A DNA stretch of 64,000 nucleotides from Bdellovibrionales bacterium (GTDB lineage Bacteria > Bdellovibrionota > Bdellovibrionia > Bdellovibrionales > UBA1609): the NCBI GenBank assembly GCA_041690295.1, contig JAWLHR010000006.1, positions 83,151-147,150 of the forward strand, read 5' to 3'. Position numbers and translations under genes: made by a program. How positions within the stretch are numbered: the first letter of the stretch is position 1; every line of letters starts with the position of its first letter. Under the pieces are notes generated by a model. It made no database searches. It was not told the origin of the DNA and saw only the letters and a program-made list of their open reading frames with translations. Of this stretch, positions 38,239 to 48,609 are shown piece by piece.

Positions 38239-40572
38239 TTAATCGCGCAGTTCAACCCAAGTCACGCCGTCGCCACCGGTTTCCGGCGTTCCGGCTTTCC
38301 ATTTCTTAACGTAAACCGAGCGCGACAAAAAATTGCGGATCCCTTTTTTCAAGGTGTCCGTGCCATGACCATGAATCACTTTAATCCGGTCTTCCTGATG
38401 GATGACCGCCGTATCGAGTTGTTCTTCCAGCAGCGCCAGTGCCGCCTCGAGGGATTGTCCCCGCACGTCGACGGTGCGGTCCTGCTCCAGAGGTGAAGAG
38501 ATTTCTCCCACGCGCCGGACGATTTCCGCCGTGGGATTGCTGGCCTGTTGCGGTGGACGAAGCTGTGTCCAAGGAACCACTAACCGCATCGAGTGCGAAA
38601 GCACGGCCACCTCTCCTTTGGCGCCGCTAGGGGTGCTTTGCACGACCCCGTCCCGGCCCAGGGAGGGAATAAAAATCTTGGAGCCCGGCGGATAAACACG
38701 TGCGAAATCCTCGGCCGTTTCAAGAGTGGGAATGCTGCTTTTTGGAGCATTCGAGGCTTTCACGATTTCCGGCATTTGCTGGCGGATTTGTTCCAGTCGT
38801 TCGTGGCGGCGGAAAATGTCTTCGGCCTTCGTGTTCTCAATCAAAGTTTCAATTTTCTTCTCGGCCCGGCGGACCGCGAGATCAATCATCCGCTCTTTTT
38901 CCGCCTCGAACTTCATGATCAAGGCCTGATAGCGGCTTTTTTCTTGCTTGGCTTCTTGTTGCGCGGCTTTCACTTGCTCCTGAAGTTTACGCAAATCTTC
39001 CTTGATGCGTTCCACCTCATCCAGTCCGGAGTGGTACTTTTTCGCTTCGGGGCTTAGAAAATCCATCGCGCGATCGATGATCTTGCCGTCCACGCCCACG
39101 CGCCGGGCGGTCTGCAACGCCAAGGATTGTCCGGGCACGCCCATTAAGAATAAATAGGTGGGCTTTCCTGTCTTGCTGTCGTACTCCAGACTGCCGTTGA
39201 TCACGCCGGAGTCTTTATCCCAACCAATTTTAAGCGGGCCAAGGTGGGAAGTGATTACGCCGAAGCAGCCGTTTTCCGCGAATTCGTGAATGAACGCGCG
39301 AGCGAGCGCGGTTCCTTCTTCGGGGTCGGTCGATCCGCAAATTTCGTCGATCAATAATAGTGAGTCCGAACCTTTTGCCGTCGCGGCCTCATTCAGCACC
39401 TGGAGATGAGCGGCGAAGGTTGAAAGATGCTGATCCACGCTTTGCGAGTCGCCGACGGCCACATGAATGTTTTTAAAGAACGGAAGGCGCGATCCTTCAC
39501 CCGCCGCGATCAAGAGCCCGCACCGGGCCATCTGCGCCGCAAGTCCGACCGATTTCAACAGCACGGTTTTTCCGCCGGCGTTCGGCCCTGACAAAAGAAG
39601 AATTCTTTTTTGTCGATCCAGTTGAATGGTGTTGGCCACCACCGGCACGTTGCCGAGAACCAAAAGCGGGTGCCGCAAATCCACCAGGTGAATTTCATCC
39701 TCGCTGAAGGTGCAGCGGGCCGCCTGGAGATGAGTCGCCAGTTGCCCCTGGGCGAAGCGGATATCGGCCTCGATTAAAATCTTATACGCCCGCTCAAAAT
39801 CCTGAATCCGCTGTAACAGGTAGTCGCTTAATTGTTTAAGCAGTCGTTCGATCTCTTCTTCAATGTCCACTTCAATCTGACGGAGCCGGTTGTTTAAGGG
39901 AATAATCTCCTTTGGCTCCATGAACACAGTCTGCTTACTCTGACTGGAGGCGTGAATGATGCCTTCAAAACTGTGCTGGCGTCCGCTTTTCACCGGTAAA
40001 ACCCAGCGGCCCTCGCGGTTGGTGACATATCGATCCTGAAGAATCGGCTCCATCTCATGCTGCCGGATCAACCGGTCGAGAATGCTTTGGGTTTGCCGGA
40101 CAACCTGGTTTTTTTCGTTGTACAGGCGATAAAGAGTTTCACTCGCGTCGGTGCGAATCTCCCCGTCGGGAGTCATGATTTGTTCGATGGCGGAAAGCGG
40201 TTCGCTGGGATCCAGCAGCGCGCTCGCCATTTCCTGAAGCCATGGTGTGGAAATGGACTTCAGCAGTTCCTTTAACGCCAGAATCTCCAGGCAAAAGTGG
40301 CGGACGTCTTTCAATTCCAGCGTCCGTAAAACCGCGCCTTTGTTCAATCGCTGGTACCAGAGCAAATAAAGATCGAGGCTCTCCATGAACGGGCGCCGCC
40401 CCTGCGCGAGGACCTGCATGATCTCAATGGTTTCGGAAAAGCTTTTCTCCGCCTCTTCGGGGCTGGACAGGGGTTGAATGTCCCGGAGCTTTTCGCGCGC
40501 GATTTGACTTGTGGCGAATCCCGCCAGACGGGCGAGAATCTGATCCCAGTCCAAGTTGTTCATGTTGTTCAT
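38239..40572 (-). CDS. mutS2: Endonuclease MutS2
   Basis: 'LSGPNAGGKT', 'LSTFAAH', 'DEICGSTDPEEG', C-terminal Smr 'IHGHGT'; ATG 40572 overlaps the lnt stop. Confidence 0.95.
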   Translation of the reverse strand: MNNMNNLDWDQILARLAGFATSQIAREKLRDIQPLSSPEEAEKSFSETIEIMQVLAQGRRPFMESLDLYLLWYQRLNKGAVLRTLELKDVRHFCLEILALKELLKSISTPWLQEMASALLDPSEPLSAIEQIMTPDGEIRTDASETLYRLYNEKNQVVRQTQSILDRLIRQHEMEPILQDRYVTNREGRWVLPVKSGRQHSFEGIIHASSQSKQTVFMEPKEIIPLNNRLRQIEVDIEEEIERLLKQLSDYLLQRIQDFERAYKILIEADIRFAQGQLATHLQAARCTFSEDEIHLVDLRHPLLVLGNVPVVANTIQLDRQKRILLLSGPNAGGKTVLLKSVGLAAQMARCGLLIAAGEGSRLPFFKNIHVAVGDSQSVDQHLSTFAAHLQVLNEAATAKGSDSLLLIDEICGSTDPEEGTALARAFIHEFAENGCFGVITSHLGPLKIGWDKDSGVINGSLEYDSKTGKPTYLFLMGVPGQSLALQTARRVGVDGKIIDRAMDFLSPEAKKYHSGLDEVERIKEDLRKLQEQVKAAQQEAKQEKSRYQALIMKFEAEKERMIDLAVRRAEKKIETLIENTKAEDIFRRHERLEQIRQQMPEIVKASNAPKSSIPTLETAEDFARVYPPGSKIFIPSLGRDGVVQSTPSGAKGEVAVLSHSMRLVVPWTQLRPPQQASNPTAEIVRRVGEISSPLEQDRTVDVRGQSLEAALALLEEQLDTAVIHQEDRIKVIHGHGTDTLKKGIRNFLSRSVYVKKWKAGTPETGGDGVTWVELRD

Positions 40573-42116
40573 TCGCGACCCCGCACGGCGGCCCAGGCGA
40601 AAAGCGCTGCGAGAAGCGTGGGAATCAGCCAATATCCCCAGGACATGAAAATTGTGGACTTCGGATTCGACATATATGGGATTTCGTATAAATGGAACCA
40701 CTCTTTATGTAAAGGGGACGGCTCGAGGATTTCGCCGCTGGCAAGGACGACCGAGGAAATCCCGGTGTTGGTGGAGCGCACGAGCGGTCGCCGCACTTCG
40801 ATTCCGCGGGCGAGAGTCATGTAAAGATGCTGGAACGGCTGTTGCCAGGTGCCGTACCAGGAATCATTCGTCACATTGACGATGATTTGCGCGTCTTTTT
40901 GACCGAGCTTCCTGGTGAACCAGTCAAAGAGACCCTCGTAACAGATCTGCGCGCCCACGCGAAGACCTTCGGCGTTTAAGACGGACGGTCCGGGGCCGCG
41001 CCCGAAGTGCCCGGTGTAGGGGAGCCAGTCATAAAAAATCGGAAACCAGTCGCCACCGGGAATGTATTCGCCGAACGCGAGCAGCATGGTCTTATGATAG
41101 GGGGAATCGGACCACCGGCCCTCTTTGTTGAGAATGAAAAACGAGTTGGTGTAAAGATCCGTTTTCTGTTGGACGGAATATCCCCCGGTCATCAAACCGG
41201 TACCGAGTGTTTTAATGAGTTCCCTAAGTTTCGCGGCAAAGCCGAAACTCAGTTCCGGGTCGGGCATGACTTCAGGGAACGCGGTTTCAGGCCAAACCAC
41301 ATAGTCGGCGCCGCCGAACTGGCTCAAACCCTGCTGGGTGAGACGGAAATAGCGATTGATGATTTCATCGCGATAGGAGCCGCCGACTTCGCTGGCGATT
41401 TTTTCCTGATTGCCCACATTGGCTTGAACCACAAGAAGGCGAAGTTTGGAGTCGTAATTTTCATTGGCCCATGAGCGGCCGTGCAGCCATCCCGCCCCAT
41501 TCAAGAGCAAAAACACCACCGCGGCCGTGGCGACATACGGAATCCAGGACTGGCGGGATCGAAAACGTAACCACGCCATCAAAACAAGCGCGTTTATGAA
41601 AATCCCGATGTTGCTGAGGCCGACAAAGCCCACAATGTCCGCCAGGTGAAAGGCGGGAAATCCGGCCCACAGCCAGGTGTAGCCAAAGTGCCAATCAAAG
41701 ATCATTGGGAAAATCCGTTCGCCCACGCTCATAAAAAGCGGCAGGGTCCAAATGCGCGCGGTCGAAGTGAAATTCAACTTGCGCGCGCAGTAATGCCAAG
41801 TGATCCCCGCGAGTGGAACATGCAAATTGGCGAAACTTGAAAACAGAAGAAGCGTGATGCCCGCGGCCCACCACGGAAGATGACCGAATTCATGAACCGT
41901 GTAGGTCACCCAGTTGAATCCGATCAAGGTCAGCACAAATTGCGTGGTCCATCCAGTCCAGAAAATCCGGACCACCGATTTTTCTTCGAGCCACGTCAAC
42001 CAAAGCGGAACAAAACAAAAAAACACGGCCCATGGTGGAAAGGGAATATAACTTGTCCCGACGAGCAATCCTGATAAAATGGCCAGAAGATAAGGGCGAT
42101 TTTTTCGCATGCCCAT
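40569..42116 (-). CDS. lnt: Apolipoprotein N-acyltransferase
   Basis: 'VWPETA', 'YHKTMLLAFGEYIP', 'QICYEG', 'VTNDSWY', 'RSTNTGIS'. Confidence 0.96.
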   Translation of the reverse strand: MGMRKNRPYLLAILSGLLVGTSYIPFPPWAVFFCFVPLWLTWLEEKSVVRIFWTGWTTQFVLTLIGFNWVTYTVHEFGHLPWWAAGITLLLFSSFANLHVPLAGITWHYCARKLNFTSTARIWTLPLFMSVGERIFPMIFDWHFGYTWLWAGFPAFHLADIVGFVGLSNIGIFINALVLMAWLRFRSRQSWIPYVATAAVVFLLLNGAGWLHGRSWANENYDSKLRLLVVQANVGNQEKIASEVGGSYRDEIINRYFRLTQQGLSQFGGADYVVWPETAFPEVMPDPELSFGFAAKLRELIKTLGTGLMTGGYSVQQKTDLYTNSFFILNKEGRWSDSPYHKTMLLAFGEYIPGGDWFPIFYDWLPYTGHFGRGPGPSVLNAEGLRVGAQICYEGLFDWFTRKLGQKDAQIIVNVTNDSWYGTWQQPFQHLYMTLARGIEVRRPLVRSTNTGISSVVLASGEILEPSPLHKEWFHLYEIPYMSNPKSTIFMSWGYWLIPTLLAALFAWAAVRGRE

Positions 42117-42146
42117 AGGCTAGAATATCCGACCTAAGGAGTCACT

Positions 42147-42911
42147 ATGCCTGTCGATTCGACCCGAGAAATGGAACGGACGCCAATCTCGACGCCTGAG
42201 TCCCTGCGCGTGCGCTGTCCCCATTGCCGGAAACTCTATCTGGTTCAGTATTCAGACATTCAAGAATCCAAGCCACGATTCGAGTGCATGGATTGTCATG
42301 GTCGCTTTTGGATTTCGCTGCCGGATATGGATTTCTCCGTCGAAGTGGATGGACTTCCGATACACGCCAAAGAGGCGCCGACTCGACCAAAGACCGAAAA
42401 TCTTGAGCCGTGCCCGAAGTGTCACAAGATGACCTCGAAGCATCGGGCCGAATGCGCCCACTGCGGCGTCGTGATGGCGAAATTCAAAGAGATGTTGCAC
42501 TTTAAAGAGACCGGCCTGACCCGCTCGCCCAATCTCGAAACGTTATGGCGAAAGGTGATCGCCAATTACGAAGACTCCGGTATTCACGACGAATTCATCG
42601 CCACGGCCGAGAAAGAAAACAATCTGGGATTCGCGGCGGCCCAGTACGGGCAAATGAAAAAAATAATGCCGTTCGATGAGATCACCATTTCCCGCATCAA
42701 GCAATTGCAGGCCATCGCCACTTCATTGGCGCCCGAGACGGAACCCAAAGAAGAGGAGTATCATCCCTGGCGCACGTCCAAGCTTTGGCAGGTTCCTTTG
42801 GTTGCCGCGGGATTTTTGATCGTGGTGGGGCTCACCATGCCGGGCTTTAGAAATTTCGCCGGCCTAGGGGCCGCATTCTTATTTATCGCTTTGGTCATGC
42901 GCCGCCGTTAA
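42147..42911 (+). CDS. Double zinc-ribbon membrane-anchored protein
   Basis: CPHC..CMDC and CPKC..CAHC; two C-terminal TM segments. Confidence 0.8.
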   Translation: MPVDSTREMERTPISTPESLRVRCPHCRKLYLVQYSDIQESKPRFECMDCHGRFWISLPDMDFSVEVDGLPIHAKEAPTRPKTENLEPCPKCHKMTSKHRAECAHCGVVMAKFKEMLHFKETGLTRSPNLETLWRKVIANYEDSGIHDEFIATAEKENNLGFAAAQYGQMKKIMPFDEITISRIKQLQAIATSLAPETEPKEEEYHPWRTSKLWQVPLVAAGFLIVVGLTMPGFRNFAGLGAAFLFIALVMRRR

Positions 42912-44248
42912 TCGGCTCCAGCTTGAATCTGGATCGGAAGGTTCGGTTTAATTCCCAGGTGAGAGGAAATCTTTTTACCGAAAGCCGTGATCTTTGCGCT
43001 TCCGCTGGCGCTTTCAGTGGCTTCATCCGCGTCTTCACCGGAACGGAATTGCAATGCGGCGGCGTTTTCAACCCGCACGCCATTGAAGGTCATGTCCGCG
43101 TCCTGAATCGCCAAGGCTTTGTAGGAGTTCAAACGTTTGCGGTAGCGGGTTTTACCGGTCAGCTTGTCATCGCTGTCACCGGTTTGAGTTAAATATTTAA
43201 TGATGTGATCGGCTTTACGAAGAGAAGAGTTGTTGGCCATGACCAGCGCGGCCACGCCTGAAGCAAACGCCGTGGCTTGCGAGGTTCCGGTCATATAACC
43301 GTACTGGCCATTGGGAAGAGTCGAGATGATGTCGTTTCCAGGAGCCGCGATATCCACCGTCTGTTCGCCGAAATTGCTTGAGGGCAACACGTTTTGGAAG
43401 CGGTCAATGGCGGTGACCGAAAGAATGTTCGGTAAGCCGTAATCCGCAGGGTAATACTTCTTGATATCTGAATTGGAGCGTTCGTTGCCGGCGGCCGCCA
43501 CGAACAAGATACCTTCTCTCATGGCGCGCTCAATGGCGGCTTTTTCTTCGCGACTGGGCGCGGTTCCACCACCGGAGTAATTGATGATATTGGCCTTCAT
43601 CTTCACCGCGTAGTCTATGGCTTTCACGGTGTTGAGGAGATTGTTCACTTCGCTGCCTTTGGAGTCGTAATACTTGAGGATCATCAAGCTGACCTTGGGC
43701 GCGACACCGCTGATACCGATTCCGTTTCCACCTTCGGCACCGATGATTCCGGCGATGTGAGTGCCGTGGCCGTGTTCATCATCCAGTTTGTTATTGTTCT
43801 GAACGAAGTTCCATCCGTGCACATCGTCGATGAATCCATTGCCATCATCGTCGACGCCATTGGTGGCTTTGTCGCGGCCGAATTTATCGAGGCCGGTTTC
43901 ACCTTTGTTCACCCAAAGATTTTTAATCAAGTCGGGATGTTTGGTGTCCACACCGGTGTCGATCACGGCCACCACGATATCGCGACTGCCCTGCGAAATC
44001 CGCCAGGCCCGCTGGGCCTCCGTCATTTTAAGTCCCCAGCCAGAGGAAATGGCGGGGTCATTTAAAAGAACTTCGACTTCCTTATCCGGTTGGTTCTTTG
44101 TGGGAACAGGTTTTCCCAGCTCGGTTGAGCGTCCTTTGGAAGCCATCTCCAAACTATCAAATGGACTTGTTAAGGCCACCAACCACTGCAAGGTGCAAAT
44201 GCCGAGTAAAAACAGGGGAAGTCGATAACCTTTGAAGTACCATTTCAT
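42908..44248 (-). CDS. S8 subtilisin-like serine protease
   Basis: 'VAVIDTG', 'HGHGTHIAG', 'AAAGN', 'GTSQAT'; ATG 44248 behind GAAGGAG. Confidence 0.95.
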   Translation of the reverse strand: MKWYFKGYRLPLFLLGICTLQWLVALTSPFDSLEMASKGRSTELGKPVPTKNQPDKEVEVLLNDPAISSGWGLKMTEAQRAWRISQGSRDIVVAVIDTGVDTKHPDLIKNLWVNKGETGLDKFGRDKATNGVDDDGNGFIDDVHGWNFVQNNNKLDDEHGHGTHIAGIIGAEGGNGIGISGVAPKVSLMILKYYDSKGSEVNNLLNTVKAIDYAVKMKANIINYSGGGTAPSREEKAAIERAMREGILFVAAAGNERSNSDIKKYYPADYGLPNILSVTAIDRFQNVLPSSNFGEQTVDIAAPGNDIISTLPNGQYGYMTGTSQATAFASGVAALVMANNSSLRKADHIIKYLTQTGDSDDKLTGKTRYRKRLNSYKALAIQDADMTFNGVRVENAAALQFRSGEDADEATESASGSAKITAFGKKISSHLGIKPNLPIQIQAGAD

Positions 44249-44321
44249 CTTGGGGGCTCCTTCGCGCTTTGCCGAAACAGCCACCCCAGTGGTGGCCGAC
44301 AGCTAATGTACTTATGGAATT

Positions 44322-44337
44322 AGCAAGCGAGGTGCCT
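44322..44337 (-). promoter_or_regulatory. sigma54 promoter for the S8 protease
   Basis: AGGCACCTCGCTTGCT on the minus strand (GG-N10-GC). Confidence 0.65.
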
Positions 44338-44445
44338 GAAAAGGGGTGGGCTAACCCCCCGAATTGTGGTGTAAACGCTCGGGATGAGACGCTTTTTGGC
44401 TGCTGATCTCCTAGGGGCTTGTAAAGACTTTGTACACCGGAAAAG

Positions 44446-44496
44446 GTAGGCCGTTCCAAATCAGGATGCAGCACATCCTGATTTGGAACGGCCTAC
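44446..44496. repeat. Second GTAG-type palindrome (23-bp arms)
   Basis: GTAGGCCGTTCCAAATCAGGATG-cagca-CATCCTGATTTGGAACGGCCTAC. Confidence 0.85.
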
Positions 44497-44497
44497 A

Positions 44498-46576
44498 TTA
44501 GCTGGCGTCTTCGAGTTTGAGGACCCAGGAGGGGAATTCGATGGAGGCGTTTTTACTCTTTAAGAGGCTGTAGAAGATGAGATTTCTCATCACCAGGCGC
44601 ACATAGGTTCGCGTTTCCTCATAGGGGATCTCTTCAATAAACTCCAGGGCGTCCCCACGGTAGCGGGTTTTCATCCAATTGCGGATCGCGCTTTCATTGG
44701 CATTATATGAGGCCACGGCCAATATGAATTGACCTTTATATTTGTTTAGCAATTCCTTGATATGGGCGGCGCCGATCATCACGTTCACTTTGGGATCATA
44801 AAGATCGTGCATGTCCGTATACGGAATATTGTGGGCGGCACCCAGTGTTTCAGCCACTTCGGGCAAGATCTGCATTAAACCGAACGCATCCGCCACGCTT
44901 CGGGCCCGCGGATCAAACGCGGATTCCTGGCGCATGATCGCGTAAAGAAGTTCTTCCTCGACGCCGAACTGAAGAGCCGCGGTTTTAACTTCTTCACTCC
45001 AGGGCTGCGGAAAGAGGAGTTCAGGATGACTTTCGAGCAGGCTTTTTCTCCGCTCCGGCGCCAAAGAGCCAAGGCGCTGGTACAATTTCATATAAAGGCC
45101 GGCTTTCGCGTAATACTGAAACAGTGCGAACCAACCATCGTCGTTTTGATTCGGGTGTTTGCGATATTCCTGCGCCGCTGAATCCAAGAGCGCGGTCAGG
45201 GCTTCCGGTTCTTCGAGGAGCGAAAGCCATTCCGCCAATGCCGTATCCATCGGGATATTCAAAGGACCAGAGGCCACGGTCCGGCTGGGACGAAAGGAAA
45301 TCGCTAAAGAAAGATTGCGATGGGCGAGAAGTCCGTAGTAGCCGAGCGGATCAAGATCCGCCAGTCGTTCAAACGCCGTCTTGGCCTCATTTTCTTTATT
45401 CAATTGTTGGTAGGTTTTCCCCAACCAGTAAAGGGCGCGCACCCGAACATATTCCGCTTGGGTGCGGCTTTCCAGATCACTCAAAAGGGTTGCGGCCTTT
45501 TCCAGATTCCCACGGCGGCGTTCATTCCAGGCGCTGTACCAGAGAATTCGGTCCTGAAGTTCCGAATCGCGGATTTTCTCTTTCAGCGCTTTTTCAAAAT
45601 AGGCGGAGACCGCGTCGTAGTCTCCGCGTTCTTCAGCCATGCGGCCCATCAACCAGTAAAGTTCGCCAAGGGGTAATTTCCCACGAAACTGTCTCTCAAC
45701 GTTTTCAAATATTTTTCGGGCTTCACCGGCCCGGTGAGCGGTCCAAATCGCCCGGCCGTAGTAAATTTCAGCGTCGTAGCTGTAGTAACGGATCATGCGT
45801 GAACGCGGGTTGGCTTTTCGCGCCTGACGCAAGTAGCGGACCAGATCCCAACAGGCTTTAATGTGAGCTTCGCGTTGCCGGGCGTTCTTGTAACTTAAAC
45901 GAATCCCTTTATAAGCCGCGATCTTTTCCTCGATCTTGAAATGGGAACTTTTGATCACTTTGCGATAGTACTCGCGGGCCTTCGTGAATTGCCGCGCGAT
46001 CCGATAATCACTGGCCACCTTCAAAAAATCGCGAACTTTGGGTTGAGGATTCAGACGAGGCGCGATTTTGTAAAGTCTTTGTTGCAGTTCGGAGACTCTT
46101 TCGTCCTGTTTGAACTCCGTCGCCAGTTCGATGGCGCGCTCGATCCACTTTACTTTTTCGGTTTGAGGGAGATTTTGCGTGGATTTTTCAACCGCGAGTT
46201 CAAGCTCGGCCACTTTATCACCGGAGGTTATGGCCCGGTTGAGCATCACATCAAGTGCCATGTCTTTTAACCAAGGGGGGAACTGCTCTCTATTCAATTC
46301 AACTGATTGAAGCTCAGTGCAGGTTTCCAGTTTTCGCAATTCCGCCAGTGGCCGCGCCGGAAAATCTTTTTCACCCGCGAGCTTGGTGAAGATCGCGCAA
46401 GCTTCGTTCGCGTCTTGTGACTGAAGCGCGCGCGCTTTTTTGTAGTCCACCGCCCATTGGATATGCCCCGGAAGCTTTTTTCCCGTCACAGGGTCCTTGA
46501 CCTTGGGAGACAAGCAACCGACCGGCGCCAACAAGGCGGCGGCCATCATGATTTGAAGCATTTTGTTTAGCGGCAT
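44498..46576 (-). CDS. Slt-type lytic transglycosylase with TPR region, lipoprotein
   Basis: Lipobox 'PVGC'; 'AIMRQESAF', 'GLMQI', 'ASYNA', 'IPYEETRTYV'. Confidence 0.93.
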   Translation of the reverse strand: MPLNKMLQIMMAAALLAPVGCLSPKVKDPVTGKKLPGHIQWAVDYKKARALQSQDANEACAIFTKLAGEKDFPARPLAELRKLETCTELQSVELNREQFPPWLKDMALDVMLNRAITSGDKVAELELAVEKSTQNLPQTEKVKWIERAIELATEFKQDERVSELQQRLYKIAPRLNPQPKVRDFLKVASDYRIARQFTKAREYYRKVIKSSHFKIEEKIAAYKGIRLSYKNARQREAHIKACWDLVRYLRQARKANPRSRMIRYYSYDAEIYYGRAIWTAHRAGEARKIFENVERQFRGKLPLGELYWLMGRMAEERGDYDAVSAYFEKALKEKIRDSELQDRILWYSAWNERRRGNLEKAATLLSDLESRTQAEYVRVRALYWLGKTYQQLNKENEAKTAFERLADLDPLGYYGLLAHRNLSLAISFRPSRTVASGPLNIPMDTALAEWLSLLEEPEALTALLDSAAQEYRKHPNQNDDGWFALFQYYAKAGLYMKLYQRLGSLAPERRKSLLESHPELLFPQPWSEEVKTAALQFGVEEELLYAIMRQESAFDPRARSVADAFGLMQILPEVAETLGAAHNIPYTDMHDLYDPKVNVMIGAAHIKELLNKYKGQFILAVASYNANESAIRNWMKTRYRGDALEFIEEIPYEETRTYVRLVMRNLIFYSLLKSKNASIEFPSWVLKLEDAS

Positions 46577-46579
46577 TAA

Positions 46580-47509
46580 TTAAAGTGTAGGGGACGCTTT
46601 GATCCGGGACAAGCGAGTTGGCCTTGCAACTGTCAGAATGACTCCCGTCACGACAAGTAACGCGCCTAAATACCCACGCCAGTGTATCGGTTCACCTTCT
46701 ATCCACTCGACTTCCATCTGGGTGAGGAGAGTCATAATGAAAATCGTCAATAAAGGGTTGACCGCGATAATCATGCTGACATGGCTTCCGGGAATACGCG
46801 CGAGCGCCTCGCTTAACGCTCCATAAGCCACTACCGTGTTGATCGCGAGCAGTAAAATCAAAATGAATTGCCAAAGATTGATTCCCGCGAGTTCGGTTAA
46901 ATCAGCTGTCGGCAAAAGGACGATCGTGGACACAACGTAAATTAAAACATTGAACTGTTGGGGAGCGTATTTTCTCAAAAGGATTTTCTGCAAAACCGCG
47001 AAGACCGCCCAGGTCAGCGCGGCCATGAGTATCCAGAGATTACCTTCTTGGAAAGTCGCCAAATTTTGGGCCGCGGCCAGAATCTGATCCCAATAAAAGA
47101 ATCCAAACCCCATGACCGCCACGCCCATTCCGATCAATTGCACGAGCGTGGGGATTTCATTGAATAAGAGAATGCTTAAAACCGCGAAGCTCATCGGCGC
47201 GAACTGGATCATGATTTGCGCGTTGGAGGCGCTTGTGAGTTCAATGCCTTTCATGAACCCGTAGTAATTGGCGGCGATTAAAATGCCGGATGTAATTCCC
47301 ATCCATGGCGGATGGGCGAGAATCTTCAACCACGATGGACGCCGCCAACTGAAATAGATGAGAAGGATCAAAGCCGCGAGCGCGAGCCGGATCCATACGA
47401 TTGTGCCCGAAGAAAAATATTTGAGCGCGAGCTTAAGGCCAATGGCCAACACCGCCCAACTTAAAGCGGTGACTGTGGCCATTAACAATCCGGTTTTACG
47501 CTGATTCAA
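46580..47509 (-). CDS. DMT/EamA family transporter
   Basis: Ten TM segments in two EamA repeats. Confidence 0.9.
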   Translation of the reverse strand: MNQRKTGLLMATVTALSWAVLAIGLKLALKYFSSGTIVWIRLALAALILLIYFSWRRPSWLKILAHPPWMGITSGILIAANYYGFMKGIELTSASNAQIMIQFAPMSFAVLSILLFNEIPTLVQLIGMGVAVMGFGFFYWDQILAAAQNLATFQEGNLWILMAALTWAVFAVLQKILLRKYAPQQFNVLIYVVSTIVLLPTADLTELAGINLWQFILILLLAINTVVAYGALSEALARIPGSHVSMIIAVNPLLTIFIMTLLTQMEVEWIEGEPIHWRGYLGALLVVTGVILTVARPTRLSRIKASPTL

Positions 47510-47520
47510 GAAGCGAAACT

Positions 47521-47550
47521 CCTCGAGGGCGGCAGGTTAGGCCCTCGAGG
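47521..47550 (-). terminator. Hairpin after htpX
   Basis: CCTCGAGGGC-N10-GCCCTCGAGG. Confidence 0.5.
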
Positions 47551-47556
47551 TTCGTA

Positions 47557-48444
47557 CTATAGAGCCATTGTTTCGAGACGTCGAATGCGTTCTTCAAGAG
47601 GGGGGTGCGTCGAAAACAGGGCCAAGAAAGACCGGGAATGACCCGAAATTTTCAAAGTGGCGAGCGATTGATGCTCGTCATCGACTTGTCCGTAAATTCC
47701 GCGCAAGGATCGCAATCCCGCCAGCATACGGTCACGTCCGGCTAACCGGGCGCCACCCGCATCGGCACGAAATTCCCGCCAGCGTGAAAAATAACACACC
47801 ACCAAGCTGCCCAGAATCGAGAGTACAATTTGCAATGCATAGAAAGTGAGCAACTGCACGGTCGGGCGCGAACGCTCTTCCACGTTGTTCGCCACAACCG
47901 TCGAAATCAATCGGGCCACGATCAGCACCAAAGTGTTGATCACGCCTTGAAGCAAGGTCATCGTCACCATATCGCCATTGGCGATGTGCGCGACTTCATG
48001 TCCGATCACGCCTTCAACCGCATCTTGATCCATGCGCTGAAGGAGGCCGGTGCTCACCGCCACTAATGAACGCGATTTTGTCGGTCCCGTGGCAAAAGCG
48101 TTCACTTCAGGACTGTCATAAATTCCCACTTCGGGCATGGCCGGAAGCTTGGCTTTTTGGGCCAAGGAGTAGACCATTTCCAACAAGCGTCGTTCGGTGG
48201 GATTGGTTGTGTGTGGATCGATCACGCGAACACCCATGCTCCACTTGGCCATCATTCGCGACATCGCCAAGCTGATGAGCGCGCCACCAAAACCAAGTAC
48301 GGCGTACCATAACCAAATCGTGCTTTCAGCGCCGATCTGGATACCCAAAGCCGCGGTTAAGACGTTAAAAACGATCGAAAGGGTGAGCAAAATAAGAACG
48401 TTAACAACAACAAATAGGAAAATTCTTTTAGTGATAGCCCACAT
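47557..48444 (-). CDS. htpX: Protease HtpX (M48)
   Basis: 'NAFATG', 'HEVAHIANGDMVTMTLLQG', 'SRWREFRAD', 'THPPLEERI'. Confidence 0.96.
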   Translation of the reverse strand: MWAITKRIFLFVVVNVLILLTLSIVFNVLTAALGIQIGAESTIWLWYAVLGFGGALISLAMSRMMAKWSMGVRVIDPHTTNPTERRLLEMVYSLAQKAKLPAMPEVGIYDSPEVNAFATGPTKSRSLVAVSTGLLQRMDQDAVEGVIGHEVAHIANGDMVTMTLLQGVINTLVLIVARLISTVVANNVEERSRPTVQLLTFYALQIVLSILGSLVVCYFSRWREFRADAGGARLAGRDRMLAGLRSLRGIYGQVDDEHQSLATLKISGHSRSFLALFSTHPPLEERIRRLETMAL

Positions 48445-48609
48445 TTAGGCGGTCCTCCTTTAGTCGGTAAAGCCCGTCCGTGACGCTGTCGGTTGCAAAA
48501 TATGGACGGGCACCTAGTCTGGAAAATGTGGAGTTTACTCCGCCGTCTGTCAAGCCCGGCCTTTACAGAAAATCCTCACTGATTAAAATAACTTAATAAA
48601 GGAAGCCTC

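Noticed and set aside
40573..40701. Extended N-terminus of MutS2
   Set aside because: Overlaps lnt; ATG 40572 gives a normal start coupled to the lnt stop.
43277..43291. GTSQA instead of GTSMA as a sign of an inactive subtilase
   Set aside because: The catalytic Asp, His, Ser and oxyanion Asn are all present; Gln at this position is a tolerated variant.
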